From Octopus sinensis (taxonomy: Eukaryota), in the NCBI RefSeq assembly GCF_006345805.1, contig NC_042997.1, positions 195,858,001 through 195,922,000 of the forward strand: 64,000 bases of DNA, read 5' to 3'. A model generated the notes under the pieces. That model was not told the DNA's origin and did not search any database. It saw only the letters and a program-made list of their open reading frames with translations. The position numbers were made by a program, and so were the translations under genes. The stretch's first letter is position 1. Each line of letters starts with the position of its first letter. Positions 1 to 12,361 of this stretch are shown piece by piece.

Positions 1-127
1 CCCCGAGAACTACGTTAAGGGTACACGTGTCTGTGGAATGCTCAGCCATTTGCACGTTAATTTCACGAGCAAGCTGTTCCGTTGATCGTATCAGCTGGGA
101 CCCTCGTCGTCGTAACCGGCGGAGTCT
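1..127 (+). mobile_element. 3' tail of a tRNA-derived SINE, truncated by the window edge
   Basis: Matches the reverse complement of the tails at about 53228-53360 and 39670-39810 (gggtacacgtgtctgtgg...gggaccctcgtcgtcgtaaccggcggag). Confidence 0.75.
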
Positions 128-526
128 TTTTAATTATGGCAGAGGCCAGTGAGCAAATACGACTCAAAATACTTAGCAAAACAAACGCAGCAATATAATA
201 AGAGTTCTATTCTGTTTATACTAACGCGCTATAGCTGACTGTTTCTCAGCAAAGGACTCAGCCAGTCCCCTAGAAGTATTATCATTCATGTTTCTTTATA
301 TAATGTTTACCTTACCGGGAAACAGAAATACTCCAAGTTTCTTTATATAACGTTCAACTCATCAGAAAGCGCCACTGCACTATGTTTCTTTGTATAAACA
401 TTTCCTCGCCGGGAAGCACTGTCATTCCAATGATTATTCAATAAAGCTTCACGGGCGGTGACACACCATCACTCCAATACTATATAAAGCTTCACTTTCT
501 ATGAAGCTTTAGCGACGGAATTCTGC

Positions 527-986
527 TTTACGCATGCTCATAACTTTTTTGTTTTGGAATTTTCAGAAAATTTCTGCGAAATTTTTGTCCTACACACAAC
601 ACTTCACATGACTATAACAAAAAGAACTTTTAATTTTTCGAAATGAAAAAAAAAATTTTCTGGTCAGTGTTTCGAATTTTTAAATCACATTTTAAAATAC
701 GGCCAATCCGAATTTATGGTTTAAATCCGAGCAGTAGAAACTTAAATACGTTTATAGAAAGAAAGAATTGGAAACCACCAATACGTCAGTTCTTACAAAC
801 AAACAAGGAGAATATGAGGTAATCGTGATATGTGCTAAAAATAACAGCTAAATAGGCCTTAAATCACGGACCATATTTTTTTTTGCATAACCGTATGAAT
901 TTCTGTATAGAATACAAATTCGGAAAATTATTCTGAAAATTCCCAAAACTAAAAAGAGTTAAGAGATGTTATATAGCGTGCGTAAA
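527..986. mobile_element. Degenerate MITE with imperfect terminal inverted repeats of about 60 bp
   Basis: Left tttacgcatgctcataac...gttttggaattttcagaa pairs with the reverse complement of right ttctgaaaattcccaaaac...gagttaagag...agcgtgcgtaaa; no coding content. Confidence 0.55.
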
Positions 987-1879
987 TAGGACTTCCTTCG
1001 CTTTACCCACCAGGAAATACCATTGCACAACTCCCCTTGTGTCTTAATTTTTCAAAAGTAGTTAGTTTTTAGGCGTGGGAAATTAGCGTGGGCTGTGAAA
1101 AGTTTTGCGAATGACTTGAGCATACACTTGTTAATCCTAAGGCTATCTTTGGACATTGAAATGAAAAAAAAAATAATAAAAACATCACCACGCAATATTT
1201 ATACTTAAACCATGGGAATCGATGTCGCTATGACCAATCAGCGTACCAAGTGAGGTATCTGCATTTGTTAGGAGTTTTTTTCTCGCTTTCAATATCTAGT
1301 GTCCAAGAGAACTATTGATTCGTGCTCCTTTGTCTTATTTGGTCGAATGCGGATTGAGTACAATTGACAATTTGCTGGAAGCCAAGAGAAACCGGCTTGA
1401 AATTACAAAGTATGATGATTAACGGCTGAAGTTAACGAAATTGTCTCCACAAATCAAGGATCTTTGCCGTATGCACTAGGCACAGGGTTCTCACTAAATG
1501 AGTTGAGGTATCCGTCAGACAGGTAATTGAATTAAAAATAGTATTTCTATATTAAAAAAAAAATGTTGATGGACACCAGATTATTTGTTATTAAAAAAAA
1601 ATGGAGCACTGAAAAGTTTGTTATTAAACAGTGGGGCACAGGAAAAAATGGCTGGGAACACTGCAATAAGCTACAATTTGGGTTTACTGCTTGATTTTTT
1701 GTTTTTCATGCATATTTTCTGTTTTGTCCTCGTTCTAATTTCTACCGTTGTCATGTTTGCTGTTTTCAATGGTGATGTTCCTTAAATCACGACTCCTTTT
1801 CCTTCGCTACTATCCGTAACATTTCCACCGGTGATCTTGCTAGTGTCAACATATATATCCTTCGTAACTACTTCACCGT

Positions 1880-2262
1880 GGAGGTGTGTGGCTTAGTGGT
1901 TAGGGTCACAGGATCGTGATCGTAAGATTGTGGTTTCGATTCCTGGACCGGATGACGTTTTGTGTTCTTGAGCAAAATGCGTCATTTCACGTTGCTCCAG
2001 TCCACTCAGCTGGCAAAAATGAGTAACGCTGCGATGGACTGGCGTCCCGTCCAGCTGAGGAACACATACGCCACTGAAACCGGGAAACCGGGCCCATGAG
2101 CCTGGCTAGGTTTTAAAAGGTCGCAAGTGAAGGCGCGTGGCTTAGTGGTTAGGGTGTCAGCATCATGATCGCAAGATTCTGGTTTCGATACTTGAACCGG
2201 GCGGCGCGTTGTGTTCTTGAGCAAAACACTTCATTTCACGTTGCTCCAGTCCACTCAGCTGA
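1880..2262 (+). mobile_element. tRNA-derived SINE followed by a second partial copy
   Basis: A-box tggcttagtgg and B-box ggtttcgattcc heads at about 1880 and 2130; body shared with 12710-12955 and 32735-32957. Confidence 0.8.
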
Positions 2263-2384
2263 TCGGTTGTGTGTTCGAAATCTCTAGACATGTAAGTTTC
2301 CTAACTGGATCAAGCGATTTGGTGACAGTCATGCACGAATAGCTGCGCAAATCAACACCTTGTTAAATGCCAATCAAGTAACAA

Positions 2385-2640
2385 CAGAGTGGTTGGCATT
2401 AGGTAGGACAATGCTGTGCGTATAGATTCCCCACCTGGACGGGACGTCGGCCCATCGCAGGTGAGCTGCAAGATGCAGGAAGAAAGAGTGAGAGAAAGTT
2501 GTGGCGAAAGAGTCAGCAGAGGTTTGCCATTACCTTCTGCCGGTGCCGCGTGGAGCTTAGGTTTTTCGCTCATAAACACACACATCGCCCGGTCTGAGAT
2601 TCGAACCCGTGATCCCTCGACCGCGCGTCCGCTACTCTAT
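2385..2640 (-). mobile_element. tRNA-derived SINE, same family as 35925-36152 and 39670-40030
   Basis: Reverse complement has head gggttcgaatctcagaccgggcgatg and body tttatgagcgaaaaacctaagctccacgcggc. Confidence 0.75.
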
Positions 2641-2776
2641 ACCATGTGTCTCCACATACACTTATATAATATAATATAATATATATATATATATATATGT
2701 TACACACACATACAGAAACACGCACACACACACATATATAAATTTATATATACATATATATATGTACATATATATA

Positions 2777-2820
<44 letters not shown>

Positions 2821-3653
2821 AAATTGAATTCATGTAAATGATATCATACTTTCTTCAGAACTTAGTTGCCAGATGATGATATTACATAATGATTGTTTGA
2901 AGGGGGAACATTTCAAACACCTTGAGTATTTGGAACCAGATTAAATAACACCTGGTAATATATTATTGAAAATGTGAATGAAAACAAAGAAAATACCGAT
3001 TGATAAATATATTAGAAAGGAAAATTTTAATAGGCAAGGAAATAGAAATCAATAGAAATACGAAGAATAAAGGAAGCATATTAATCACAAAGTTTTGAAG
3101 CCATTTGAGAAATATGCACTAGTTTTACGTATCCAATTCTCAGAAGAAAACAACGTGTGAGCTATCGTAGAGGTTATGTAGTGAGGCGTTCAAGAAAGGA
3201 CGTATGAAGTAGAAGGATGATGTCGTATGTATATCGTTTGACCTGTAGAAATTACAGATGAATTACAGTTCAAACTATGTCATCAACTTTAAAAATGTAC
3301 ATTGGGTATTTTAGGCTGTAGTACTGTAAGCTTCAAGAAGAAGAAAAAAAGAAGTTTTAGCAAATTTTATAATGTCAGTTATATATTTATCCGATTTGGG
3401 TTGATGCAGGACTAAGGACTAATGGAAACCCAACATTGATGATTATAATTCGGAAATAGCTAATGCATTCAGTTACAGGGAGAAAAGAAACAGTAGTTCT
3501 TTTTCAGTTGCTCCGTTTCATAAAAGTTTTCATAGGCGCAGGAGTGGCAAGACTATATCTATATCTTTTTCCTTATAAATGTCCTGAAAAATATCCTCAC
3601 AGCCTTGGCTTTGTTATCTCATTTTGTCTACTATATATATATATATATATATA

Positions 3654-4598
3654 CACTTATACTTTGATACTTTGATAGGTTTCGGCCATTATCGGCCCAG
3701 GCCATGTCTAACTTAATAGCACCACCTGGTGAAGTCTTTCAAGTCAGAATTTGGGCACTATGGCCCACTCAAGTAGAGAGTTATTGTTTACAGAGACATA
3801 TCCGGGTGTAGGGGGTTTATCCGGGATTTCTTGAAGGAATCTGTCCAAAGACTTCTTGAACCCTATAGGGTCAGTTTCGGTTTTAATGTGTTTTGGTGTA
3901 ATGTTAAAGAGAGCGGGGCCAATTGAGGTGAAATAATTGTGCCGTATTGTTGTTATGAGATGAGAGTGCGATTTTTGTTTTGGGCGGATGGCACGGGGCC
4001 CAAGCCTTGGATGTACCTTAAAGGTGATGCCAACATCATTTGGGCAATGCTGATGGAATATTTTCCACATCATGCAGATGATGTAGCGCTCACGACGACG
4101 TTGGAGAGAATAGAGTTTTAGCTTTTCTAGTCGACCCCAATAGTCGAGGCCTGTCATGCCATCTATCTTTTTTATGATTGCCCTTTGAGGTGCTTCAACT
4201 TTTATGATACCTTGTATTGTGTGGGGAGACCACAGTGGACAACAGTATTCAAGGTGGGGTCGGGCAAAAGTGGAGAAGAGAAGGATAATGGTGTGGATAA
4301 CTCTCGACTGGAAAGTTCTGAGAATCCAGGAACACATTCTGCGGGCCATGTCAACTTTGGTGTTTATATGAGTGGCCCAGCTTATGTTGTTGTCCACAAT
4401 TACTCCCAAGTCTCTGATGTTGTTGGACGCCGCGAGAGTTTCACCTGAAGGAAGGGAGTATGGGAGTTTCAGGGCATCCTCTTTTCCAAAGTGGATTAGC
4501 TCAAATTTATCCTCGTTCAGCAGCATATTGTTTTTTTCTGCCCATTGGATAACAGCCAGAAGATCTGACTGAAGGCCTGTCCGGTCACTCGCCTCATT

Positions 4599-4599
<1 letters not shown>
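3654..4599 (-). mobile_element. 5'-truncated CR1/L2-group non-LTR retrotransposon; RT C-terminal half with an intact frame
   Basis: ORF 3744-4676 after its (TA)n-derived N-terminus reads LQSDL..WAEKNNMLLNEDKFE, IRDLGVIVDNNISW, RPHLEYCCPLWSP, LYSLQRRRERY. Stop at 3744-3746; 3' tail of ATCAAAGT tandem units; (TA)n on both sides. Confidence 0.9.
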
Positions 4600-4661
<62 letters not shown>

Positions 4662-4666
4662 CACAG

Positions 4667-4705
<39 letters not shown>

Positions 4706-4911
4706 GATAATATCAAAGTGAGTTATATACAGTAGCGGTAACACATCGTGACGTATATTTGCCATCTCAATATGGCTACCCCTAAGGGTGGATGCTACTG
4801 TAGTTTTTAGCCCCAGGAGGACACACTCCTCCAGCTGGCCATAGACACACTTTCTGTGTCCTGTCAGTATTTGCAAAGGGAAGTCATCCTTCCCGTCTCC
4901 AACTTATGATA

Positions 4912-4956
4912 CACACGGACTCGAGTTTCGAGGTATTGACCTCTCGTCAGCGTGTG
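4912..4956 (-). ncRNA. Type I hammerhead ribozyme; predicted cleavage between 4918 and 4917
   Basis: Sense CACACG-CUGACGA-GAGGU(CAAU)ACCUC-GAAAC(UCGA)GUC/CGUGUG; full conserved core and all three stems present. Confidence 0.9.
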
Positions 4957-5400
4957 ACAATCATAGTTGTCGGCGAGAATTAGATTTCCTTCACAAATAC
5001 TTATACTTTTTCCAGCGTCCACTGTCGCTGATATTGAAAAAGTGAAATCAAACAATGATAAATATCAAAGTGAGTTATATACAGTAGCGGTAACACATCG
5101 TGACGTATATTTGCCATCTCAATATGGCTACCCCTAAGGGTGGATGCTACTGTAGTTTTTAGCCCCAGGAGGACACACTCCTCCAGCTGGCCATAGACAC
5201 ACTTTCTGTGTCCTGTCAGTATTTGCAAAGGGAAGTCATCCTTCCCGTCTCCAACTTATGATACACACGGACTCGAGTTTCGAGGTATTTGATATTTATC
5301 ATTGTTTGATTTCACTTTTTCAATATCAGCGACAGTGGACGCTGGAAAAAGTATAAGTTTTTGTGAAGGAAATCTAATTCTCGCCGACAACTATGATTGT

Positions 5401-5445
5401 CACACGCTGACGAGAGGTCAATACCTCGAAACTCGAGTCCGTGTG
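5401..5445 (+). ncRNA. Type I hammerhead ribozyme (inverted copy); predicted cleavage after GUC at 5439
   Basis: cacacg ctgacga gaggt caat acctc gaaac tcga gtc cgtgtg read directly; identical to 4912-4956. Confidence 0.9.
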
Positions 5446-5608
5446 TATCATAAGTTGGAGACGGGAAGGATGACTTCCCTTTGCAAATACTGACAGGACA
5501 CAGAAAGTGTGTCTATGGCCAGCTGGAGGAGTGTGTCCTCCTGGGGCTAAAAACTACAGTAGCATCCACCCTTAGGGGTAGCCATATTGAGATGGCAAAT
5601 ATACGTCA

Positions 5609-5645
<37 letters not shown>

Positions 5646-6990
5646 TATACATATATATAAACATATATATATATATATATATAAATATATATCACCTTGA
5701 CCGACCAGTCCGTCAGACGTCCATTTGACACCGCTGGTCACTCCTCTCTGGATCGCGCCTTTCTCATCCACGTGATCACGTGGATAAATATATATATATA
5801 TATATATATATTTTATATATCTTTATATTTTTATATTTTATCCAGTTTCAGCTCACAAGCTGTGGCCATGCTGGGGCACCGCCATTTATATATATATATA
5901 TATATATATAACTATATATATATATATAAGTGTATGTATGTATATTATACGTATATTTATAAACACACGCGCGAGCAGACACACAAACATATATGAGATA
6001 TTTTGTTATTTAAACATGATTTTTAAATAATTGTTTACGTACAAATACAATCAAACGTAATGCAGAAGTACATCCGCTCTACCGAACATGCCAATGTTTC
6101 TACTTGTACGAAAAACGAGTGTATAAATATACTGTTGAAAGCGATATGCTATAGAAAGTGATTCATTATTTCGTCAGTGTTCTTAGCACTTCAGAGATTG
6201 CTAGATGTGATTCACATCAAATCAAGAAACATTAGGCAAAGAAAGACTATAAAAGATGAGGTAGCGAATATATTGGCATTACGTCCATTACAATAGCCCG
6301 GACAGTTTTATATCAGTTTTAGGAAATATCTCTGTAACAATTTCATAAGAACGTTGCTTATTTTAGATGGACGTTGTGTATCTTAAATGCACTCCCTCTG
6401 ACAAATACGACCTAATATATCCAATGGCTGAATAGAAATTCCTCTAGAAGTGAAGTGGAAATAATTAAATATTAAACTCAATGATAATATTTCATTTATC
6501 AAATTGAAATTATACATGTAAGGAGATAAATCGTTAGAGTAGATTATTCAACGAAAACACTTTTCTCTAATGTATAGTAATTACGACAATGGGTTATAGA
6601 CTAAAGATTCATATCCATTTCTCATAAGCAATATCTCTTTAATAAAATAAAATACTTTATTGCTATCAACGAAATAATGATATAAATATATTAGTGTTTC
6701 AATCAAATTATTATGTGATATAAGAACAGCTTTCGATGATACTCTTAACTAATAAATATAATTTCTTTAATATCTGCACTTTTAATGCGTTTTCAATAAA
6801 CTACCTACTTTTGATAACAACCTGCGTACGACCGCCATTATTCTATGGTGCAAACATTGTGATTTGAAGTCGACTAAATTAAAGCCTTCTATCATATTTT
6901 CATGTTAATTTAGGTTTCAGACACCAGCTTAATAACCTTTTACACTTGTCTTTACTCTGGCACAGGCTTAAAGTGTTTTAGTCGAACAAA

Positions 6991-7676
6991 TAGAGTCCAA
7001 TAGATGTGTTAGTGTCCAGTAGTTACATTAGAGTCCAGAAGTTATGTTAGAGTCTAGTAGTTGTGTTAAAGTCAAGCAGTTGTGTTAGTGTCCAGAAGCT
7101 GTGTTAGAGTCTTGTAGTTGTGTTAAAGTCCAGTAGTTGTGTTACAGTCCAGTAGTTGTGTTAGAGTCCAGTAGTTGTGTTACAATCCAATAGCTGTGTT
7201 AGAGTTCGGTAGTTGTGTTAGAGTCCAGTAATCGTGTTAGAGTCTTGTAGTTGTGTTAGAGTACAGTAGTTGTGTTAGACTCCAGAAGTTGTATTACAGT
7301 CCAGAAGTTCTATTAGAGTCCAGGAGTTGTGTTAGAGTCCAGTAGTTCTGTTAGAGTCCAGAAGTTGTGTTAGAGTCCAGTAGTTGTGTTATAGTCCAGT
7401 AGTTGTGTTAAAGTCCAGTAATCGTGTTAGAGTCTAGTAGCTGTGTTAGAGTCCAGTAATCGTGTTAGAGTCTAGTAGTTGTGATAGAGTTCAGTAGTTG
7501 TGTTAGAGTCCAGAAGTTGTGTTAGAGTCCAATAATCGTGTTAGAGTTCAGTAGTTGTGTTAGTGGTGTTAGAGTCCAGAAGTTGAGTTAGAGTCCAGAT
7601 GTTGCGTTAGAGTCTAGTAGTTGTGTTACAGTCAGTAGTTGTGTTAGAGTCCAGTCATCGTGTTAGAATCCAGTAG
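6991..7676. repeat. 19-bp minisatellite, about 36 degenerate units (consensus TAGAGTCCAGTAGTTGTGT)
   Basis: Direct tandem repetition of gagtccagtagttgtgtta with variants; period not a multiple of 3 and stops are frequent. Confidence 0.9.
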
Positions 7677-8488
7677 TCCCTTACTTATTCTAGTGGTCAA
7701 TTTCGCCTAACCGCTAAGTTACATATCGACACAGATTATCAAAACAGACAAAATGACATATACACATACATGTATATTTGTGTGTATACATCCACATGTA
7801 TATGTGCGTATGAATGTATGGGTGTATATGTGAGGGCTTCCATGCAGTTTTAAGCTACCAAATTTACTTACAAGGCATTGATCTATCCGGCCTATAGTAG
7901 AAGATACTTGTTCAAAGGATGTGCAGTGAAATTGAAACCGAAAACAAGCGGTTTCAAAACGAGCTTCTGAACATATTATTTTCAAGGTTAATTGAAACAA
8001 AGACATTGTATAATACGGAAGAAATACAGAAACAGAAGGGTTAAAGATTTCTTAATTCCAATAACACGTTTCAAATCTTCATTCCAGTATAATATTTAAT
8101 ATATTGGAAATCTCGTCTGTTCGAGATAATTCAATCAGTTAATTAACTGATCTCCTGTATCTCTTGGGATAAGAATTATTGTATGTTAATTAATCGAAAA
8201 TGTCAAAATGAGCACGAGAAAAATATATTCCGTTCCTTGTACATAACCTTATTAACCATTATATGAATATTCATTTTATACAGATATAATGTGTGATATA
8301 TTGGAAACAATAGCGTAGTATGAGAGATTTGTCGATCTCTGACAGTTTCTGACTTGAGTAGAAGCGTAAAACTAATCTTTCATAGGTTTAATGATCGATG
8401 GTGCAGGTTAGCTTTGTTCATTTATCTCATAACTTGTATTTCCATAGAAAATTCGTGAAAGCAATGGTCGATATAAGTTGGAGGGAAA

Positions 8489-9263
8489 AGGCGGTGAGCT
8501 GGCAGAAACGTTAGCACGCCGGCCGAAATGCGTGTTCAAATTCACAACTACTGAGTTCAAATTCCGGCGGGTTTGACTTTGCCTTTCATCCTTTCTGGCT
8601 CGATAAATAAAGTACTAGTTACGCACTCGGGTCGATGTGATTGACTTAATCCCTTTGTCTGTCCTTGTTTGTCCCCTCTGTGTTTAGCCCCTTGTGGGTA
8701 GTAAAGAAATAGGTATTTCGTCTGTCGTTACGTTCTGAGTTCAAATTCCGCCGAGGTCGACTTTGCCTTTCATCCTTCTGGCTCGATAAATAAAGTACTA
8801 GTTACGCACTGGGGTCGATGTGATTGACTTAATCCCTTTGTCTGTCCTTGTTTGTCCCCTCTGTGTTTAGCCCCTTGTGGGTAGTAAAGAAATAGGTATT
8901 TCGTCTGTCGTTACGTTCTGAGTTCAAATTCCGCCGAGGTCGACTTTGCCTTTCATCCTTTCGGGGTCGATAAATAAAGTACTAGTTACGCACTGGGGTC
9001 GATGTAATTGACTTAATCCCTTTGTCTGTCCTTTTTTGTCCCCTCTGTGTTTAGGCCCCTTGTGGGTAGTAAAGAAATGGGTATTTCGTCTGCCGCTGTG
9101 TTCTGAATTCAAATTCCGCCGAGGTCGACTTTGCCTTTCATCCTTTCGGGGTCGATAAATAAAGTACCAGTTCCGCTCTGAGGTCGATGTAATTGACTTA
9201 ATCCCTTTGTCTGTCCTTGTTTGTCCCCTCTGTGTGTAGCCCCCTGTTGGTTGTAAAGAAATA
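8489..9263 (+). mobile_element. Tandem SINE array: one headed unit plus three head-less units of about 184 bp
   Basis: Head aggcggtgagctggcagaaacgttagcacgcc; junction aaagaaata|ggtatttcgtctg at about 8712, 8895 and 9080. Confidence 0.9.
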
Positions 9264-9442
9264 GATACAAGTTGGACAGAAACGTTGATTGTTTACTGAC
9301 TTCAGAGTATATAGTTTTATAAAAGTCAAAGAAACGAAAAACCAAGTGATTTCCAACACATTTTACAATTAATATTGGATGTTATACTGGTTTAAGTAAT
9401 GTACGAAAGCCATCATTTTATACGTTCTATATTCTACAAATG

Positions 9443-9762
9443 TGAAGGCGCATGGTTCAGTGGTTAGAGCGTCGAGCTTACGATCGTGAGGTTGTGAGAT
9501 CAAATCTCGAACCGGGCTGCGTGTTGTATTCTTCAGCAAGACACTTTATTTCACGTTGCTCCTGTTCACTCAGCTGTAGAAATGAGCTGCAATGTCACAG
9601 GTGCCAAGTTGTATCGGCTTTTGCCTTTCCCTTGGATAAAACTGGTGGCGTGGAGAGGGGAGGCTGGTATGCATAGTGACTGTTGGTCTACCATAAATAA
9701 CCTTGCCCGGACTTGTGCCTGGGAGGGTAAACCTTCTAGATGCAATCCCCCGAAGGGGGTCT
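9443..9762 (+). mobile_element. tRNA-derived SINE, same family as 16511-16850
   Basis: Head gaaggcgcatggttcagtggttagagcg...; body and tail align with the copy at 16511. Confidence 0.8.
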
Positions 9763-10171
9763 CAGCATTCTACATAAATGTGTACACATGTACGTATGGG
9801 CAAGTGCGTCTGTGAACTCGTGTATATGAGTGTCACTGTTTGTGTTACATTTATATAGATTCGTCTCATATATTTTACACATGTACGCGTTATCTGCTAC
9901 GATAACCTCCGATACTTTAACCATTTATCTTGGGAGATTGTAAGATTATAAAGGAACGTCAACAATTTTCTTTTGCTTCCAAATTAAGAAAGGCACAATA
10001 AACTCCGACCTGCTACTCAGGGATGTGGGTTAACATATTTAACACAGTTTTGATAACGAAAAATGCATTCACAAGTGATCGAGTTTGTTTGACAAAGGCA
10101 AGTGTTATTCTACTTTCAAAGCATGCAGTGAAGTTTTGTAGAAATAAGCTTTTTATGTAGAGTTCATTGTA

Positions 10172-10723
10172 TTGTGCTGTCTAGAAAGTTCGTGCCGATT
10201 TTTAAAGAAAAGAAAAAGGTCAATAAATACTTGCCATTACATTTTAATCAACCAAATATGAACCATTTTGTTGCACAATGCGTCTCCATCTTTCCTTTAA
10301 CTTGAAAATACCCACTTCCCAGAACTGAGGTGGTTTCATGGCAAAGAATTCATCAAGGTATCTTTTTACGTCATCCAAAGAATTAAAACTTTTACCATTA
10401 AGACTATTCTGCGGAGACCTGAATAAGTGGAAATCCGAAGGAGCAATATCAGGTGAATATGGACATCCCAGCCGAGCTGAAGCAATTTTTGTCTGGTTCC
10501 CAAAGCTTCAAGTGCCGAAAATGAACTTTCTTGTTTTCCAATTTAAAGGGTTACAGAATTAATACAGGTTATAGGTACATAAAACTTCTTCCACTAAAAG
10601 ATAGCTTAAATTGTGCTCTAGATGGAGGTGTAGCCAAATCGTATTTTATGGACTCAACCATGTTCTAAAATAAGTCGAAAGGTAAACTAGTATAAATCGG
10701 CACGAACTTTCTGGACAAACCAA
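10172..10723 (-). mobile_element. Internally deleted mariner element with TIRs, TA target duplication and transposase C-terminus
   Basis: TIRs ttgtgctgtctagaaagttcgtgccgattt and aaatcggcacgaactttctggacaaaccaa flanked by TA. Minus strand about 10250-10470 reads PYSPDIAPSDFHLFRSPQNSLNGKSFNSLDDVKRYLDEFFAMKPPQFWEVGIFKLKERWRRIVQQNG. Confidence 0.85.
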
Positions 10724-11819
10724 TATTTCCTACCACTAATATAACGATTAAGTATTGAAGCTCTGTTTAGAGAGCGATGAACGACGAGGAACACCATGTT
10801 TTAAAAGCGTCAATTGACAATGGGTTAGAATATAAGATAGCGAAGTAAGATCACAAAGTCGTAAAGGGAACTGGTTGCTTCTTTACACTTTTGAGGTGCA
10901 ACTTAGGTGCAACACAATTTCCTTTCCTTTTGTTTCTAGAAACTACCAGTCAGGAACGAAACGCAACTTTAAAAATATATACACTTCTTTATTCTCTTGG
11001 TTCAACAATGAAACACGATGGTATACTGGTATCCACCTAGTTCAACACAGCAAGGCTGAATTCAAACGTTTGTAAGCTTCTTACAACAATTCAGCATTAA
11101 TGGAACAGGTTAAATCCTAAGCGTCTGGGACAGGAGAATAGGCTGAACACACGTTTGAAAATACGTCCTTTCTCTTCTATCGCCGTGTCTCAAGTCCCCG
11201 ACGCTATTAAGGAACGCTATAGAATTTATTCTTCAGTCTCTAGCGCATGTGCATGAGGGAACTTCCTTATGCCTTTCCAGAAGGTTCCAGAAGGTTCTAA
11301 CCCCGCACACGCACACTGAAGAAGGACGCTCCGCACACGCACACTGAAGAATGACGTTGCGTGCGTGCACACTGGAATATGACGTCACTACAAATTATAA
11401 TTAGTGTCTGTGAATATATTTACTGCTGATGGAATTTAAAGTCCTAGAAATAAATATTGGTAGAGAGGTGTGACAATCAAACGCTTCTCGTCTTTATATA
11501 TCGCGGTAGTGGCCATTGATATAACCACGCTGGACACTGACCTGTATAAAATATGCAACCAGCCGTCTCATTGCTGTTCAATACTCATACAACATAACAC
11601 TACAGATTATCAAGGAGGTTGCATTTATCATTAGATAATATTATTCAATCTTCATTCATATTCTGTGCTTATATAACTGTTAATGGTCAATAATGAGATT
11701 GGTTCATTTTCTATCTGTGATTGTGTACAAAATTAAATATCAGACTCACGTAACTCTTATCGGATCAGTCATTCGAAATGCAAATAGAAATTTTATTGTG
11801 TCTAACACATTTATTTCGA

Positions 11820-11867
11820 CTACTATTACTATTATTGCTGCTGCTGCTGCTGTTGTTGTTGTTGCTG

Positions 11868-11924
<57 letters not shown>

Positions 11925-11965
11925 GTGTTGTTATTATTATTATATTATTATTATTATTATTAGTG

Positions 11966-12004
<39 letters not shown>

Positions 12005-12026
12005 GTAGTAGTAGTAGTAGTAGTAG
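11820..12026. repeat. (TAT)n/(TGT)n/(TAG)n trinucleotide microsatellite
   Basis: Seen directly; it explains the low-complexity ORFs at 11693-12090. Confidence 0.95.
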
Positions 12027-12299
12027 TATTTATTTGACTTTTGCTTTGTATTCGTACAAGTTGGCGCCAAGTCTCACCCAGTGACCTCAAGAGACAACAA
12101 GTTATAAATCCATGTTGGCGTTATGCCTAGGGTGTCATATATGTGGTTTTGTACGTAGTGATGTCCTAGAGACTGTTTAAGAAAACAAAACAGTTATGAT
12201 TTTGTTTTAAAATTTGAGGTTACAATATTTTACGTAGGATATGGGTAGTTCTCATGAGCACTATCATTTGAGATTCTTATTTTCCCTCTATTGAAAGTG

Positions 12300-12302
<3 letters not shown>
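12027..12302 (-). mobile_element. 3' end of an R4/Dong-like RLE non-LTR retrotransposon (family a)
   Basis: Minus strand encodes QMIVLMRTTHILRKIL*, then a 3' UTR ending in (TAC)n(TAA)n. Confidence 0.6.
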
Positions 12303-12337
<35 letters not shown>

Positions 12338-12361
12338 GTTAATATTATTATTATTATTATT

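Larger units (their letters stand above)
4703..5612. mobile_element. Hammerhead-ribozyme element (retrozyme or Penelope pLTR-like): 352-bp unit, 1.67 tandem copies plus an inverted copy
   Basis: tatcaaagtg at 4711 and 5063 gives period 352. About 5288-5612 is the reverse complement of about 4745-5069 with one substitution seen. Both ends lie in (TA)n. Confidence 0.85.

Noticed and set aside
340-375. Minus-strand CTGATGA...GAAAC...GTA in a degenerate repeat of about 47 bp (about 290-500)
   Set aside because: Stem I cannot form and stem II is not paired.
8489-9263. Regularly spaced repeats (also 6991-7676) suggesting a CRISPR array
   Set aside because: Eukaryotic context, no unique spacers and no cas genes; units are tandem SINE bodies or a minisatellite.
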